This document shows positions 9,701 through 17,970 of a DNA stretch of 33,535 nt, piece after piece. The first letter of the stretch is position 1. Each line of letters begins with the position of its first letter. This DNA comes from a bacterium. Lineage in GTDB: Bacteria > Bacillota > Clostridia > Oscillospirales > CAG-272. The position numbers and the translations under genes are program-made. The DNA lies in the NCBI GenBank assembly GCA_963643175.1, contig CAVIJF010000001.1, positions 226,975 to 260,509 of the forward strand, given 5' to 3'. Below the pieces are notes generated by a model that made no database searches, was not told the DNA's origin, and saw nothing but the letters and a program-made list of their open reading frames with translations.

Positions 9701-11206
9701 AACAAAGGTATCAAAGCGATCCAGCACCTGCCCGCCGCGTATCTTCACGGCGCCGATTTCAATGATACGGCAGTTCTGCGCGGAAAGACCCGTCGTCTCC
9801 AGGTCGAATACGACAGCCTCCTCCTCCAGCGCGCCCTCACAGCTCCCGTATACGGCGCCGGAGGTGTTGTTGACGAAGTATGCTTCCATACCCCAGATGA
9901 CCTTCTGCCCGGTCTTCTCAGCGGCAAGCATGGCTTCCATAAAGCCCTGCACGTTCCCGTGGTCGGTGATGGCAACGGCGGGATGTCCCCAGCGTTTCGC
10001 CTGCTTTACGGCATCCGCCGGGTTTATCAGAGCGTCCATGGAGGACATCTGCGTGTGCAGATGCAGTTCCACGCGCTTCACCGGCTCGTCGTCGGCGCGG
10101 TCTATGCGCCGTATCCGGGCGACCGCATCGTGAAAGAAAATCAGGTCGGGTCCTTCGGTGCGGTCGCGCCGCACCTCCCGGTGGCAGTAGCCGTGCAGGG
10201 CAAGGACTGCGCCGTTCGCCACCACCGCTCCCAGCGCGTCGGCATCCTCCGGCAAAAGCCCGAACGCCTTGCACTCGATGGAGGCGCTGTTGTCGGTCAG
10301 GTTGAACGTGACGTTGTATTTTTCGCCGCTGCGGTTTGCTTCCTTGGTGTAGCCGAACACCTCGCCCACAATGACCAGCCCGCGGCGCGGTTTGTCGATG
10401 GCGGACAGCGGCGTCGGAAGTATATCGAACCGGGCGCCCAGTGCATACTCCGGCGCGGATACGTCAAAGGTCATAAAACCGATATGGCACCTGCCTCCTG
10501 TCACCGTGGCGGTCTCGGACGCCGGCTGTGCGGCACCGTCCGCCCCGCCGGCAGTCGGCGACGCTGTAAACAGACTGCCGACACGGGGCAGTATGGCTTC
10601 CTTGGGCTTGTCCTCTGCCGGGGCATTCCGGGACGCGCCGCTCTGCCCATAGCTGCGCAGGGCGTCCTGTATCTGCCTGTCTGCCTGCTCCAACACGGCG
10701 TGCTGGCGCGGCGTAACCATGTCCTGTGCCGCTTCGGAATTGATAACCTCTACGCGCAGGTCAAGGTCAAATTCGGACTTGAGGATTCGCTGCATGACCA
10801 GCGGCGTCTGCGCATGAATCAGCAGCTCCACGCCTGCGCGGACAAAGGGAATCTCCACCGTCAGGCATCCGTCCTCCAGGCGATAGGTGTAGTTGCCGAA
10901 GAAGCCGCGTGCCACGATGCCGACCCGTTCGGTCTCGCAGAGCAGTTCCGGAATATAGTCCTCCGAGAACAGTTCCTGCGGGTAGTGCGGCATGATTTTG
11001 GTGTACGCCAACCCGTATGCTTTGGTTATTTCGTCCTCTATGCGGTACAGTGTCCGCTTGCGCACGACAGCCGGAAAGGATACATTCAGCACCAATGCCC
11101 GGTTTGCCTTGTCCGCCTGCACGCTGTATTCCGTGGCGGACAGCAGGATGTCCCGGGTATCGGGATCCGGATCGTAACGGTTCAGCAGTTCCGGCAGTGT
11201 CCTCAT
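6749..11206 (-). CDS. polC: DNA polymerase III alpha subunit, PolC type (Gram-positive replicative polymerase)
   Basis: 1485 aa. Internal 3'-5' exonuclease motif VVFDLETTGLSAQNCRIIEIGAV. PHP and polymerase regions are present (HLHTQMSSMDA..., ...GSRGSVGSSVVASLAGISEVNP...). The start overlaps the ispG stop (ATGA). Confidence 0.95.
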   Translation of the reverse strand: MRTLPELLNRYDPDPDTRDILLSATEYSVQADKANRALVLNVSFPAVVRKRTLYRIEDEITKAYGLAYTKIMPHYPQELFSEDYIPELLCETERVGIVARGFFGNYTYRLEDGCLTVEIPFVRAGVELLIHAQTPLVMQRILKSEFDLDLRVEVINSEAAQDMVTPRQHAVLEQADRQIQDALRSYGQSGASRNAPAEDKPKEAILPRVGSLFTASPTAGGADGAAQPASETATVTGGRCHIGFMTFDVSAPEYALGARFDILPTPLSAIDKPRRGLVIVGEVFGYTKEANRSGEKYNVTFNLTDNSASIECKAFGLLPEDADALGAVVANGAVLALHGYCHREVRRDRTEGPDLIFFHDAVARIRRIDRADDEPVKRVELHLHTQMSSMDALINPADAVKQAKRWGHPAVAITDHGNVQGFMEAMLAAEKTGQKVIWGMEAYFVNNTSGAVYGSCEGALEEEAVVFDLETTGLSAQNCRIIEIGAVKIRGGQVLDRFDTFVDPEGVIPSEITKLTGITQDMTTGAPDELTALRMFFDFVGRRADGGAMLLIAHNADFDTGFIRAAADRHGVPFTNPYLDTLALARYLLPDLKNHKLDTVAEHYSLGDFNHHRACDDAEMLANIWFSMLADLDEGGIRTFEALRTDMAEKTDPTRLPSYHQIILIRNKVGQKNLYRLISDSYLKYFKKNPRIPKTELEKYREGLIIGSACEAGELFRAILDNKPEAEIETIVRFYDYLEIQPVCNNRFLIAEGKVRDDEDLRNLNRRVVALGEKYGKPVVATCDAHFMNPEDEIYRKILQAGMKFRDYDRDCGLYYRTTREMLDEFAYLGAEKAYEVVVTNTNYIAGCIEDNVRPFPKGTFTPHMDGAEEDLTRICYENARKRYGDPLPDIVAQRLERELSSIIKNGFAVLYMIAQKLVYYSEQQGYLVGSRGSVGSSVVASLAGISEVNPLRPHYWCPDCRYSNFDVPPEIGSGFDLPDATCPRCGTKLNYDGHDIPFETFLGFYGDKSPDIDLNFSGEVQGKVHKYTEQLFGAENVFRAGTIGALADKTAYGFVMKYLEGKGISVNRAEVNRLSSRCVGVRRTTGQHPGGIVVVPKEYQIYDFCPVQHPADDPNSDIVTTHFTFEYLHDTLLKLDELGHDMPTKYKYLEKYSDTSVMDVPMNDRSIYDLFLSTRSLGVSPDDIAGVPLGTLGLPELGTKFVIKMLQESRPQSFSDLLQISGLSHGTDVWTNNAQDLIKNGTCTISNVIGTRDSIMLALIRYGVEKSHSFKIMEMVRKGKGLTPEYEAEMRAANVPDWYIASCKKIKYMFPKAHAAAYDMSAIRLGWYKVHRPLAFYCAMFTVQPTGFDGELVMRGKRAVQEYILDIDKRGNDAQPKEQQSLPVLQLINEAMARGIRFLPVDLVHSSDREYLPEDGGIRMPFSALAGVGDNAAANIVAAREEEPFFSVEDLQTRAKLTRAVVDILRQCRVLDGLDETDQMTIAF

Positions 11207-12303
11207 ACCCCGCCCTCCCGCGTGCGCCGGATGTCCTCCAGAGCACGGAGCAGCGTCGGAATGATTTCCTTCTCCGGAACCTTCCGCAGAATCTCACCGT
11301 GGGCGAACAGCAATGCCTCACCTCTGCCGCCCGCGATGCCGATGTCCGCCTCGCGAGCCTCGCCCGGTCCGTTGACCGCACAGCCCATCAGGGCGACTTT
11401 GACCGGCAGGTCGGACAGTCCCGCCTCGCGCACCGCCGCCTCAAAGCGCTCTGCCAGCGGGATAAGGTCAATTTTCGTCCGTCCGCAGGTCGGGCAGGAC
11501 ACGATCTGCAGACCGCACTGCCCCTCCACGCCCAGCGCATTCAGGATGCGGTGCGCCGCCTCCACCTCCCGCACCGGGTCGGCGGTCAGCGACACCCGGA
11601 AGGTATCCCCGATACCGTCACACAGCAGGGCACCGATTCCGGCGGCGGACTTGATTACTCCCATTTCCACCCCGCCCGCCTCGGTAACGCCGAGATGCAG
11701 CGGATAGGGACAGGCGGCGGCAAGCGCACGGTTGGCGGCAATCATGGCGGGAACAGAGGATGCCTTGATGGAAATGACAATATCCTCAAACCCGAACTTT
11801 TCCAGCAGGGATGCGTGGTAGAGTGCCGACTCGCACAGTGCCTCCGGAGTCGGGGCGCCGTACTTGGCAAGAATATGCTTTTCCAACGAGCCGCTGTTCA
11901 CGCCGATACGGATCGGGATATGCCGGGCGCGGCAGGCGTCAGCCACAGCCTGAACGCGGTCGTCGCCGCCGATGTTTCCGGGATTGATGCGGATTTTGTC
12001 CACCCCGTACTCCGCGCACAGCACAGCCAGCCGATAGTCAAAATGGATATCCGCGACAATCGGAATCTGTATGCCGCTCTCCTTGATGAGGCGGACAGTC
12101 TCCGCCGCTTCGCAATCCGGCACGGTCAGACGCACTATATCACAGCCCGCTGCCGCCAGCGCCCGTATCTGGGAAAGCGTTGCCGCGGCATCATGCGGGT
12201 CGGTGTTGGTCATAGACTGGACGGCAAGGGGCGCGTCGCCTCCGATCGTCAGCCGTCCGATATGTACCGCCCGCGCCGGGCGGCGTATGTCATTGTACTT
12301 CAT
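11203..12303 (-). CDS. ispG: 4-hydroxy-3-methylbut-2-en-1-yl diphosphate synthase (flavodoxin), IspG/GcpE
   Basis: MKYNDIRRPARAVHIGRLTIGGDAPLAVQSMTNT... and the C-terminal CPTCGR 4Fe-4S cluster motif are typical of GcpE. Confidence 0.93.
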   Translation of the reverse strand: MKYNDIRRPARAVHIGRLTIGGDAPLAVQSMTNTDPHDAAATLSQIRALAAAGCDIVRLTVPDCEAAETVRLIKESGIQIPIVADIHFDYRLAVLCAEYGVDKIRINPGNIGGDDRVQAVADACRARHIPIRIGVNSGSLEKHILAKYGAPTPEALCESALYHASLLEKFGFEDIVISIKASSVPAMIAANRALAAACPYPLHLGVTEAGGVEMGVIKSAAGIGALLCDGIGDTFRVSLTADPVREVEAAHRILNALGVEGQCGLQIVSCPTCGRTKIDLIPLAERFEAAVREAGLSDLPVKVALMGCAVNGPGEAREADIGIAGGRGEALLFAHGEILRKVPEKEIIPTLLRALEDIRRTREGGV

Positions 12304-12314
12304 TCGTTTGCCCC

Positions 12315-13397
12315 TCAGAACAGATTGAATATATCCTTGCAGGCGATGACAGCCGTAAACGCCAGCAGCAGCAGCATACCCACACTGTGAATCTTTGCTT
12401 CCGCCTTGGGATTTATCGGTTTGCCGAAGGACAGCACCTCCAGTACCCGGAAGAACAGCCGTCCGCCGTCCAGCGCCGGTATGGGAAGCAGATTGAATAC
12501 GCCCAGATTCATGGCAATGACGGCGAACAGGTAAAGCAGGTTCCAGCCCGCCATCGGCTGGTGCGCCACCTCCGTGACGGTCGAGGTCACGCCGATAGGT
12601 CCGGACAGGTCGGACAGCCCGAAGCGTCCGGTCACGATACCCTTCAGTGAGTCAAACACCATTTTGATGGAGGATACGCCGCGCCAGAACCCCGTGCGGA
12701 CAACATTCCAGACGGTCGGTTCCATGGCGGCGGTCTGAAAATCCATACTGCCGAGCGCAACGCCCTGCTCCGCCTCGGTCGGGAACCGGACATTCTCCAC
12801 CAGCACGCGGTCGCCGTTCCGCTCCACCAACACGTCAATCGGCTCATAGCCGGAGAACATAATCTCATATGCCAGCTCGTAGCCGGTGTGCACCATCGTG
12901 TCGCCAACGCGGAGAATGGTGTCCCCCTTCTCCAATCCGGTGACATAACTGGGCGCCCCGGCGGCAAAATACTCAACCGTCGCGGAAGGCAGACGGTAGC
13001 CGGATGCCGTCAGTCCGGCGGTCAGAATCAGCATGGCAAGAAAGCCTGTCAGAACATTCATGCCGGCTCCTGCCGCCAGTATCAGCATCCGCTGCCAGAC
13101 ATTCTTTTTGCAGAAGGCGTTGGGGTCGCCCGCGCCCTCGCCGACCTCGTCCTCGCCTGCGTCCTCGCCTGCCATAGCAACATAGCCGCCGATGGGCAAT
13201 AGGCGCAGCGAATACTGAATGCCGGTCTTTTTGGACGTGAAGCCGCACAGGCGCTTGCCCATGCCTAGCGAGAACTCATGCACGGTGACGCGGCACGCCC
13301 GCGCCGTCAGGTAGTGTCCCAGCTCGTGGACGAAAATCAGCACGCCCAGCCCCAGAACGGTCAGGGCAAAGTACAGAAGAAAGTTCAGTATCTGCAT
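12315..13397 (-). CDS. rseP: RIP metalloprotease RseP (site-2 protease, M50 family)
   Basis: HExxH motif (VHELGHYLTA), a PDZ-like middle region, and multiple TM segments. The track ORF 12315..13460 is trimmed to the ATG at 13397, which has a GGAGG RBS. Confidence 0.88.
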   Translation of the reverse strand: MQILNFLLYFALTVLGLGVLIFVHELGHYLTARACRVTVHEFSLGMGKRLCGFTSKKTGIQYSLRLLPIGGYVAMAGEDAGEDEVGEGAGDPNAFCKKNVWQRMLILAAGAGMNVLTGFLAMLILTAGLTASGYRLPSATVEYFAAGAPSYVTGLEKGDTILRVGDTMVHTGYELAYEIMFSGYEPIDVLVERNGDRVLVENVRFPTEAEQGVALGSMDFQTAAMEPTVWNVVRTGFWRGVSSIKMVFDSLKGIVTGRFGLSDLSGPIGVTSTVTEVAHQPMAGWNLLYLFAVIAMNLGVFNLLPIPALDGGRLFFRVLEVLSFGKPINPKAEAKIHSVGMLLLLAFTAVIACKDIFNLF

Positions 13398-13425
13398 CGG
13401 TATCCGAAAGCCTCCGGTCACGCAT

Positions 13426-14637
13426 TCATGTGCGGGACAGCAGCGCCCGCGCCGCCTCACGCGCCGCCCGGTCGGCGCTCAGTATCTCCTCGTAAAGGTG
13501 CAGGTCTGCCGCGTCCGAAAGCTGCTCCGTGACGCGCGTTACAAGACCGGGAATGTCGCAGAAGCGTATCCGCTCCTGAAGGAATGCCTCCACCACCACC
13601 TCGTTGGCGGCATTGAGCACGGCAGGAAGCGCCCCGCCGCGCCGGATGCAGTCCACAGCCAATGCCAGCAGGGGGAAAGTTTCGGTATCGGGGGGGCAAA
13701 AGGTCAGCCTGCCGACCGAGAACAGGTCAAGCTCCCCCACCGTATCCCCGGCGGGAAGGCGGTGCGGGTGGGTCAGCGCATACTGCACGCAGTGCCGCAT
13801 ATCCGGCACCGAAAGCTGCGCGATGACACTGCGGTCAACATACTCCACCATGGAGTGGACAATGCTCTCGCGGTGCACCACAACCTGCACCTGCTCCGGC
13901 ATCACGCCGAACAGGTGCACCGCCTCGATGACCTCGAAGCCCTTATTCATCAGGGTCGCGCTGTCCACCGTGATTTTCTGACCCATGCGCCATGTCGGAT
14001 GCGCCAGCGTCATCTGTCTGGTGACGCCGGTCAGCTGTTCCGTCGTATACCCGAAGAAGGGTCCGCCCGATGCGGTAAGCAGGATGCGCCGCACCTCGCG
14101 CCGCTCCCCTGCCCGCAAGCACTGGAAAATGGCACAGTGCTCACTGTCCACCGGCAGAATCGTGTTGCCTGTACGGCGGGACAGCTCCATGACCAGTTCG
14201 CCGCCCACGACCAGCGATTCCTTGTTGGCAAGCGCCAGCCGATGCCCTGCCTCCAACGTGTCCAGCGTGGGGCGCAGTCCCGCCTCGCCGAGGATGGAGT
14301 TTTCCACGGTCAGCCCGTGCGGATTCTCCGTCCGCGTCCCGTGTATCATGTCCCGGATGCCCTCAAAACCGGACAGCACCCGCACCGGCGTATCCGCCAG
14401 CCGCACCCGCAGGTCGGCGGCGGCATCCGGGTCGGTCATGACGGCGCAGTCCGGCAGAAAGCGGCGTGCCTGCGCCTCCACTGCCGCCACGTTGCGGTGG
14501 GCGGACAGCCCCCGGACGCGGATGCCGTGTGCCGCGGCGACATCTGCCGCCTGCGTCCCCACCGAGCCGGTGGAGCCTAAGATGATTAAATCCGGATACC
14601 CCGCGGATGTATCCTCTATTGCTTCCTGATTCACCAT
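13426..14637 (-). CDS. dxr: 1-deoxy-D-xylulose 5-phosphate reductoisomerase
   Basis: ...LIILGSTGSVGTQAADV... NADPH-binding motif, with Dxr-like sequence throughout. There is a short N-terminal extension (MVNQEAIEDTSAGYPD), so the start is slightly uncertain. Confidence 0.92.
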   Translation of the reverse strand: MVNQEAIEDTSAGYPDLIILGSTGSVGTQAADVAAAHGIRVRGLSAHRNVAAVEAQARRFLPDCAVMTDPDAAADLRVRLADTPVRVLSGFEGIRDMIHGTRTENPHGLTVENSILGEAGLRPTLDTLEAGHRLALANKESLVVGGELVMELSRRTGNTILPVDSEHCAIFQCLRAGERREVRRILLTASGGPFFGYTTEQLTGVTRQMTLAHPTWRMGQKITVDSATLMNKGFEVIEAVHLFGVMPEQVQVVVHRESIVHSMVEYVDRSVIAQLSVPDMRHCVQYALTHPHRLPAGDTVGELDLFSVGRLTFCPPDTETFPLLALAVDCIRRGGALPAVLNAANEVVVEAFLQERIRFCDIPGLVTRVTEQLSDAADLHLYEEILSADRAAREAARALLSRT

Positions 14638-14691
14638 GATTCAGTGTATATCCCTTCCGTCCCGCGTATGCATAAGCAGGCGCGGAATCAA

Positions 14692-15543
14692 TCAACCCAC
14701 CGTAACGCCGGTTGCCATAAAGAAAACCAGCAGAGTGACCGACACCGCCAGCACCGAATCGAAACGGTCAAGAATGCCGCCGTGCCCCGGAAGGAGCCTG
14801 CCGAAATCCTTGATGCCGAAGCGGCGCTTGAGCTGGGACATGGCAAGGTCGCCGATCTGGGACACGACGGATACCAGCAGTCCCGCCGGAATCATCAGCC
14901 AGACCGACAGCGCCTCGTGCTCCCCCCAGATGCCGGTACGGTTATAGAGAACCGTCATACCCGCAAAAATTAGCGTGCAGCACAGCGTTCCGCCGATGGA
15001 GCCTTCCACGGTTTTCTTGGGGCTGACTTCCGGTATCAGCTTGTGCCTGCCGAACAGTCTGCCGGAAAAGTATGCAAACGTATCTGTCACCCACGCGCCG
15101 ACAAACACCATGACGGCGAAGAAAAAGGAGAACAGATCATGCAGGCAGACGACTCCGGCAAAGCCCCCTGCCGTATACAGGAACACGGCATATGCCGTGC
15201 AGACCGACGTAATATCGGTTTTTTTGTGATCCAGCACCGCCACGCCGAGCAGGTACACGATCAGCAGCAGAAGCACGCCCAGCGCAACCGCACTGACGGT
15301 TCCCTCCCCTGCGTTGCGGACGACCAGCGCATAGCGCGCCCCGATCGGTGCGGCAAGTGCCAACAGGCAGAGCGGGACAGCGACCCACAGGTTCCGGTGC
15401 AGACCCACACAGCGGAGCAGTTCAAATGTCCCGATCAGTGCGCAGAGTGCGAACAGAACGGGAAAAGCCCATGTTTCGGAAAAAATCAGAACCGGGACGA
15501 ATACGCACAAAGCCACGGCGGCTGTCAGAACTCGTTTTAACAT
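14692..15543 (-). CDS. cdsA: Phosphatidate cytidylyltransferase
   Basis: Polytopic membrane protein with a CdsA-like C-terminal region. The ATG at 15543 is preferred because of a GGGAGG RBS; the track ORF begins at 15567. Confidence 0.85.
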   Translation of the reverse strand: MLKRVLTAAVALCVFVPVLIFSETWAFPVLFALCALIGTFELLRCVGLHRNLWVAVPLCLLALAAPIGARYALVVRNAGEGTVSAVALGVLLLLIVYLLGVAVLDHKKTDITSVCTAYAVFLYTAGGFAGVVCLHDLFSFFFAVMVFVGAWVTDTFAYFSGRLFGRHKLIPEVSPKKTVEGSIGGTLCCTLIFAGMTVLYNRTGIWGEHEALSVWLMIPAGLLVSVVSQIGDLAMSQLKRRFGIKDFGRLLPGHGGILDRFDSVLAVSVTLLVFFMATGVTVG

Positions 15544-15570
15544 AGGAATACCTCCCGACGATAGCAATAA

Positions 15571-15595
15571 GGAAAACGCTGCCGGACAATCCGGC
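15571..15595 (-). other. Weak terminator-like or attenuator hairpin in the 117-nt uppS-cdsA spacer
   Basis: Minus-strand RNA reads GCCGGA-uug-UCCGGC-agcg-UUUUCCUUAUUG. The stem is 6 bp and the U-tract is displaced by 4 nt. Confidence 0.3.
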
Positions 15596-15660
15596 GGTTT
15601 CTGAAGGCATCACCGCGCAATGTCACCATCTGAATCACGCGGTTCAGCAGTGCCCTGACT

Positions 15661-16383
15661 TCACAGCCCGCCCCAGCGGCGCTTGCGGGAGTAAAACTCC
15701 CGGACACACTCGTCCACATCGGCAGGTCCGAAATCCGGCCAGAGCGTGTCGGTAAAGTACAGCTCCGCGTAAGCCGCCTGCCAAAGAAGAAAGTTGGAAA
15801 GGCGCAGATCGCCCCCGGTGCGCACAATCATATCCGGGTCGCCGCACTCCGCGGTATACACCGAGCGGGAAATATCGTCCTCGGTGATGTCCCCGGCGCC
15901 CTTCCCCTCCGCAGCCAGTCTGCGGAAGGCATGAACCATCTCGGCACGCCCCCCGTAATTCAGTGCGATGTTCAGCACCTGCGGCTCGTTCGCGTTGAGC
16001 GTTTCGACATACGCAATCTTTTCCCGCAGGGCAGGCGTCAGCACCGACAGATCCCCGATGAAGCGGAAATGGTTGTGGTACTTTGGATAGTCGCGTTTCA
16101 GCTCCTCTAAATAGCTGTCCAGAATGTCCATGATGGTTTCCACCTCATGGGGCGGACGCTTCCAGTTCTCGGTGGAGAAAGCATACACCGTCACCGCCTG
16201 AAATCCGATGTCACAGCAGTACAGGCACACCTTCTTGAAGGTCGAGGAGCCGACCTTGTGACCGTATTCCCGCGGCATTCCGCGCTTTTTAGCCCAGCGC
16301 CCGTTGCCGTCCATGATGAAAGCAATGTGCCTGAAATTCTCGTCCGGACGCAGTATCTCCTGCGTCGCCGTCTTTTTTCTCAC
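15661..16383 (-). CDS. uppS: Isoprenyl transferase / undecaprenyl diphosphate synthase
   Basis: HIAFIMDGNGRWAKKRGMPR...: the cis-prenyltransferase signature. GTG start with a GAGGAAAGGA RBS. Confidence 0.92.
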   Translation of the reverse strand: MRKKTATQEILRPDENFRHIAFIMDGNGRWAKKRGMPREYGHKVGSSTFKKVCLYCCDIGFQAVTVYAFSTENWKRPPHEVETIMDILDSYLEELKRDYPKYHNHFRFIGDLSVLTPALREKIAYVETLNANEPQVLNIALNYGGRAEMVHAFRRLAAEGKGAGDITEDDISRSVYTAECGDPDMIVRTGGDLRLSNFLLWQAAYAELYFTDTLWPDFGPADVDECVREFYSRKRRWGGL

Positions 16384-16420
16384 GGTTGTATCCTTTCCTC
16401 ACCGAACTGTGCCCACGGCA

Positions 16421-16474
16421 GACAGGCAGGACGGAGCCGACCCGTCTGTGCGTGCGGTCTCCGCCCTGCCTGTC
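16421..16474 (-). other. Long RNA stem-loop immediately 3' of the frr stop, in the frr-uppS spacer
   Basis: 16-nt arms gacaggcaggacggag and ctccgccctgcctgtc give 16 bp on the minus-strand RNA, including one G-U pair, with a loop of about 22 nt. No U-tract follows. Confidence 0.45.
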
Positions 16475-16476
16475 CG

Positions 16477-17040
16477 TCAGATTTCCATCAGTTCCTTGCT
16501 CTTTGTCTCGGTAATGGCATCCACATTCTTGACAAATCTGTCGGTCACTTCCTGTATTGCCTTTTCGGAAGCGGCCGCCTCGTCCTCGGTCATGGTGCTG
16601 TCCTTCTTCGCCTTCTTGACTTCCTCGTTGGCGTTGCGGCGCTCGTTGCGCAGGGCAACCTTGGCGTCCTCTCCCATCTTCCTGACCTGCTTGGTCAGGT
16701 CGCGGCGGCGCTCCTCGGTCAGCTGCGGGAACACAAGCCGCAGTACTGAACCGTCATTCAGCGGCGTGATGCCGACATCCGACGCCAGAATCGCCTTCTC
16801 CATCGCCTTGAGCGTGGAGCGGTCATAGGGCTGAATAGTCAGCGTGCGTGCGTCCGTCACCATGAGATTCGCCATAGTGTTCAGCGGGGTCGGGGCGCCG
16901 TAATACTCAAACGTCACGCGGTTGAGCACGGCGGGGTTCGCCTGCCCGGCACGGATGGTCTCCAGATTGGACTCGTAGGCAGATATGGTCTTCTTCATCT
17001 TCGCCTCAAGGGCTTTGGTATCGTACTTCATGGTATGCAT
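16477..17040 (-). CDS. frr: Ribosome recycling factor
   Basis: MKYDTKALEAKMKKTISAYESNLETIRAGQANPAVLNRVTFEYYGAPTPLN... is canonical Frr. The start could also be the ATG at 17031. Confidence 0.93.
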   Translation of the reverse strand: MHTMKYDTKALEAKMKKTISAYESNLETIRAGQANPAVLNRVTFEYYGAPTPLNTMANLMVTDARTLTIQPYDRSTLKAMEKAILASDVGITPLNDGSVLRLVFPQLTEERRRDLTKQVRKMGEDAKVALRNERRNANEEVKKAKKDSTMTEDEAAASEKAIQEVTDRFVKNVDAITETKSKELMEI

Positions 17041-17079
17041 TCCTTTCCTTGTGTGTGGGTTTCGGTGACAGGGCGCGGC

Positions 17080-17799
17080 TTACGTGTGCATCCGTGTGCC
17101 GACGGGCTGACCCATGACCGCTCTGTAAATATTTTCGGGATCCGCCAATGCGAAGCCGTATGCCTCAATGCCGTTTTCGTTGCAGAAGGAAACGGCTGTC
17201 ATGTCAAAGGCGCGCAGGTCTTTTTCCAGAATCTCGGCGTAGGTGATGTCATAAATCGGCTTGGCATCGGGATCCTTGCGGGGATCGGCGGTGTAGAGGT
17301 AATCCACGTTCTTCGCCATCAGCAGTGCATCCGCATTGATTTCGGCGGCACGCAGGACGGCTGCCGTGTCGGTGGAGAAGTACGGCACGCCCATGCCGCA
17401 CCCGAAGATTACGATTTTCCCCTCGGAGAGCAGATGGTTGGCTGTCCGCGCATTGTAGCGGTCGGCGTAGGCGTCCATCTCCACGGCGGTCATGACAACG
17501 GTGTCCATGCCCGCACGCTGAAAGCTGTCCTGCAATGCCAGCGCATTGATGGCGGTTGCCAGCATTCCCATATGGTCGGCGCGGCACCGCTCTATCTGTG
17601 CCGCCCCCTGCTTGCCGCGCCAGATATTGCCCGCACCGACAATGACGCCTATCTCAACGCCCTCCTCGCGGCATTTTTTCAGCACAGCGGCTATCTTGTC
17701 AATAAAGGAAAAATCCAGAACCCCGTCCTCCCGGTGCGCGGGTGCCAGCGCCTCGCCGGAGAGCTTGAGCAGGATTCGTTTGTATACCGGTTGATTCAT
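17080..17799 (-). CDS. pyrH: UMP kinase
   Basis: MNQPVYKRILLKLSGEAL... and an amino-acid kinase fold characteristic of PyrH. Confidence 0.95.
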   Translation of the reverse strand: MNQPVYKRILLKLSGEALAPAHREDGVLDFSFIDKIAAVLKKCREEGVEIGVIVGAGNIWRGKQGAAQIERCRADHMGMLATAINALALQDSFQRAGMDTVVMTAVEMDAYADRYNARTANHLLSEGKIVIFGCGMGVPYFSTDTAAVLRAAEINADALLMAKNVDYLYTADPRKDPDAKPIYDITYAEILEKDLRAFDMTAVSFCNENGIEAYGFALADPENIYRAVMGQPVGTRMHT

Positions 17800-17885
17800 T
17801 GGAGTGTGCCTCGCCTTCTGAAGTTTCTGAGGAAGTGCCGAATCAATCAGCGCTTCCCTGATATCTGCTGTATTCGTACATTGCT

Positions 17886-17914
17886 ATTTTACTACATTCC
17901 CGTCCGGTTGTAAA
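17886..17914 (-). promoter_or_regulatory. Candidate sigma-70 promoter for pyrH and the downstream operon
   Basis: Minus strand: TTTACA, 17-nt spacer, TAAAAT, about 90 nt upstream of the pyrH ATG. Confidence 0.4.
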
Positions 17915-17970
17915 GAGCTTTCATGAAATTTTCTGCATCCGGAGACGGGACGGACAATGCAGGCAGTGCG

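Noticed and set aside
7817-11707. 1296-aa plus-strand ORF
   Set aside because: It is the antisense shadow of polC in high-GC DNA. The protein is Arg/Ala/Gly/Val-rich with no recognisable domains, whereas the minus-strand polC is unambiguous.
11017-12390. Plus-strand 457-aa ORF
   Set aside because: Antisense to ispG. Shadow ORF.
13498-14580. Plus-strand 360-aa ORF
   Set aside because: Antisense to dxr, whose Dxr homology is clear. Shadow ORF.
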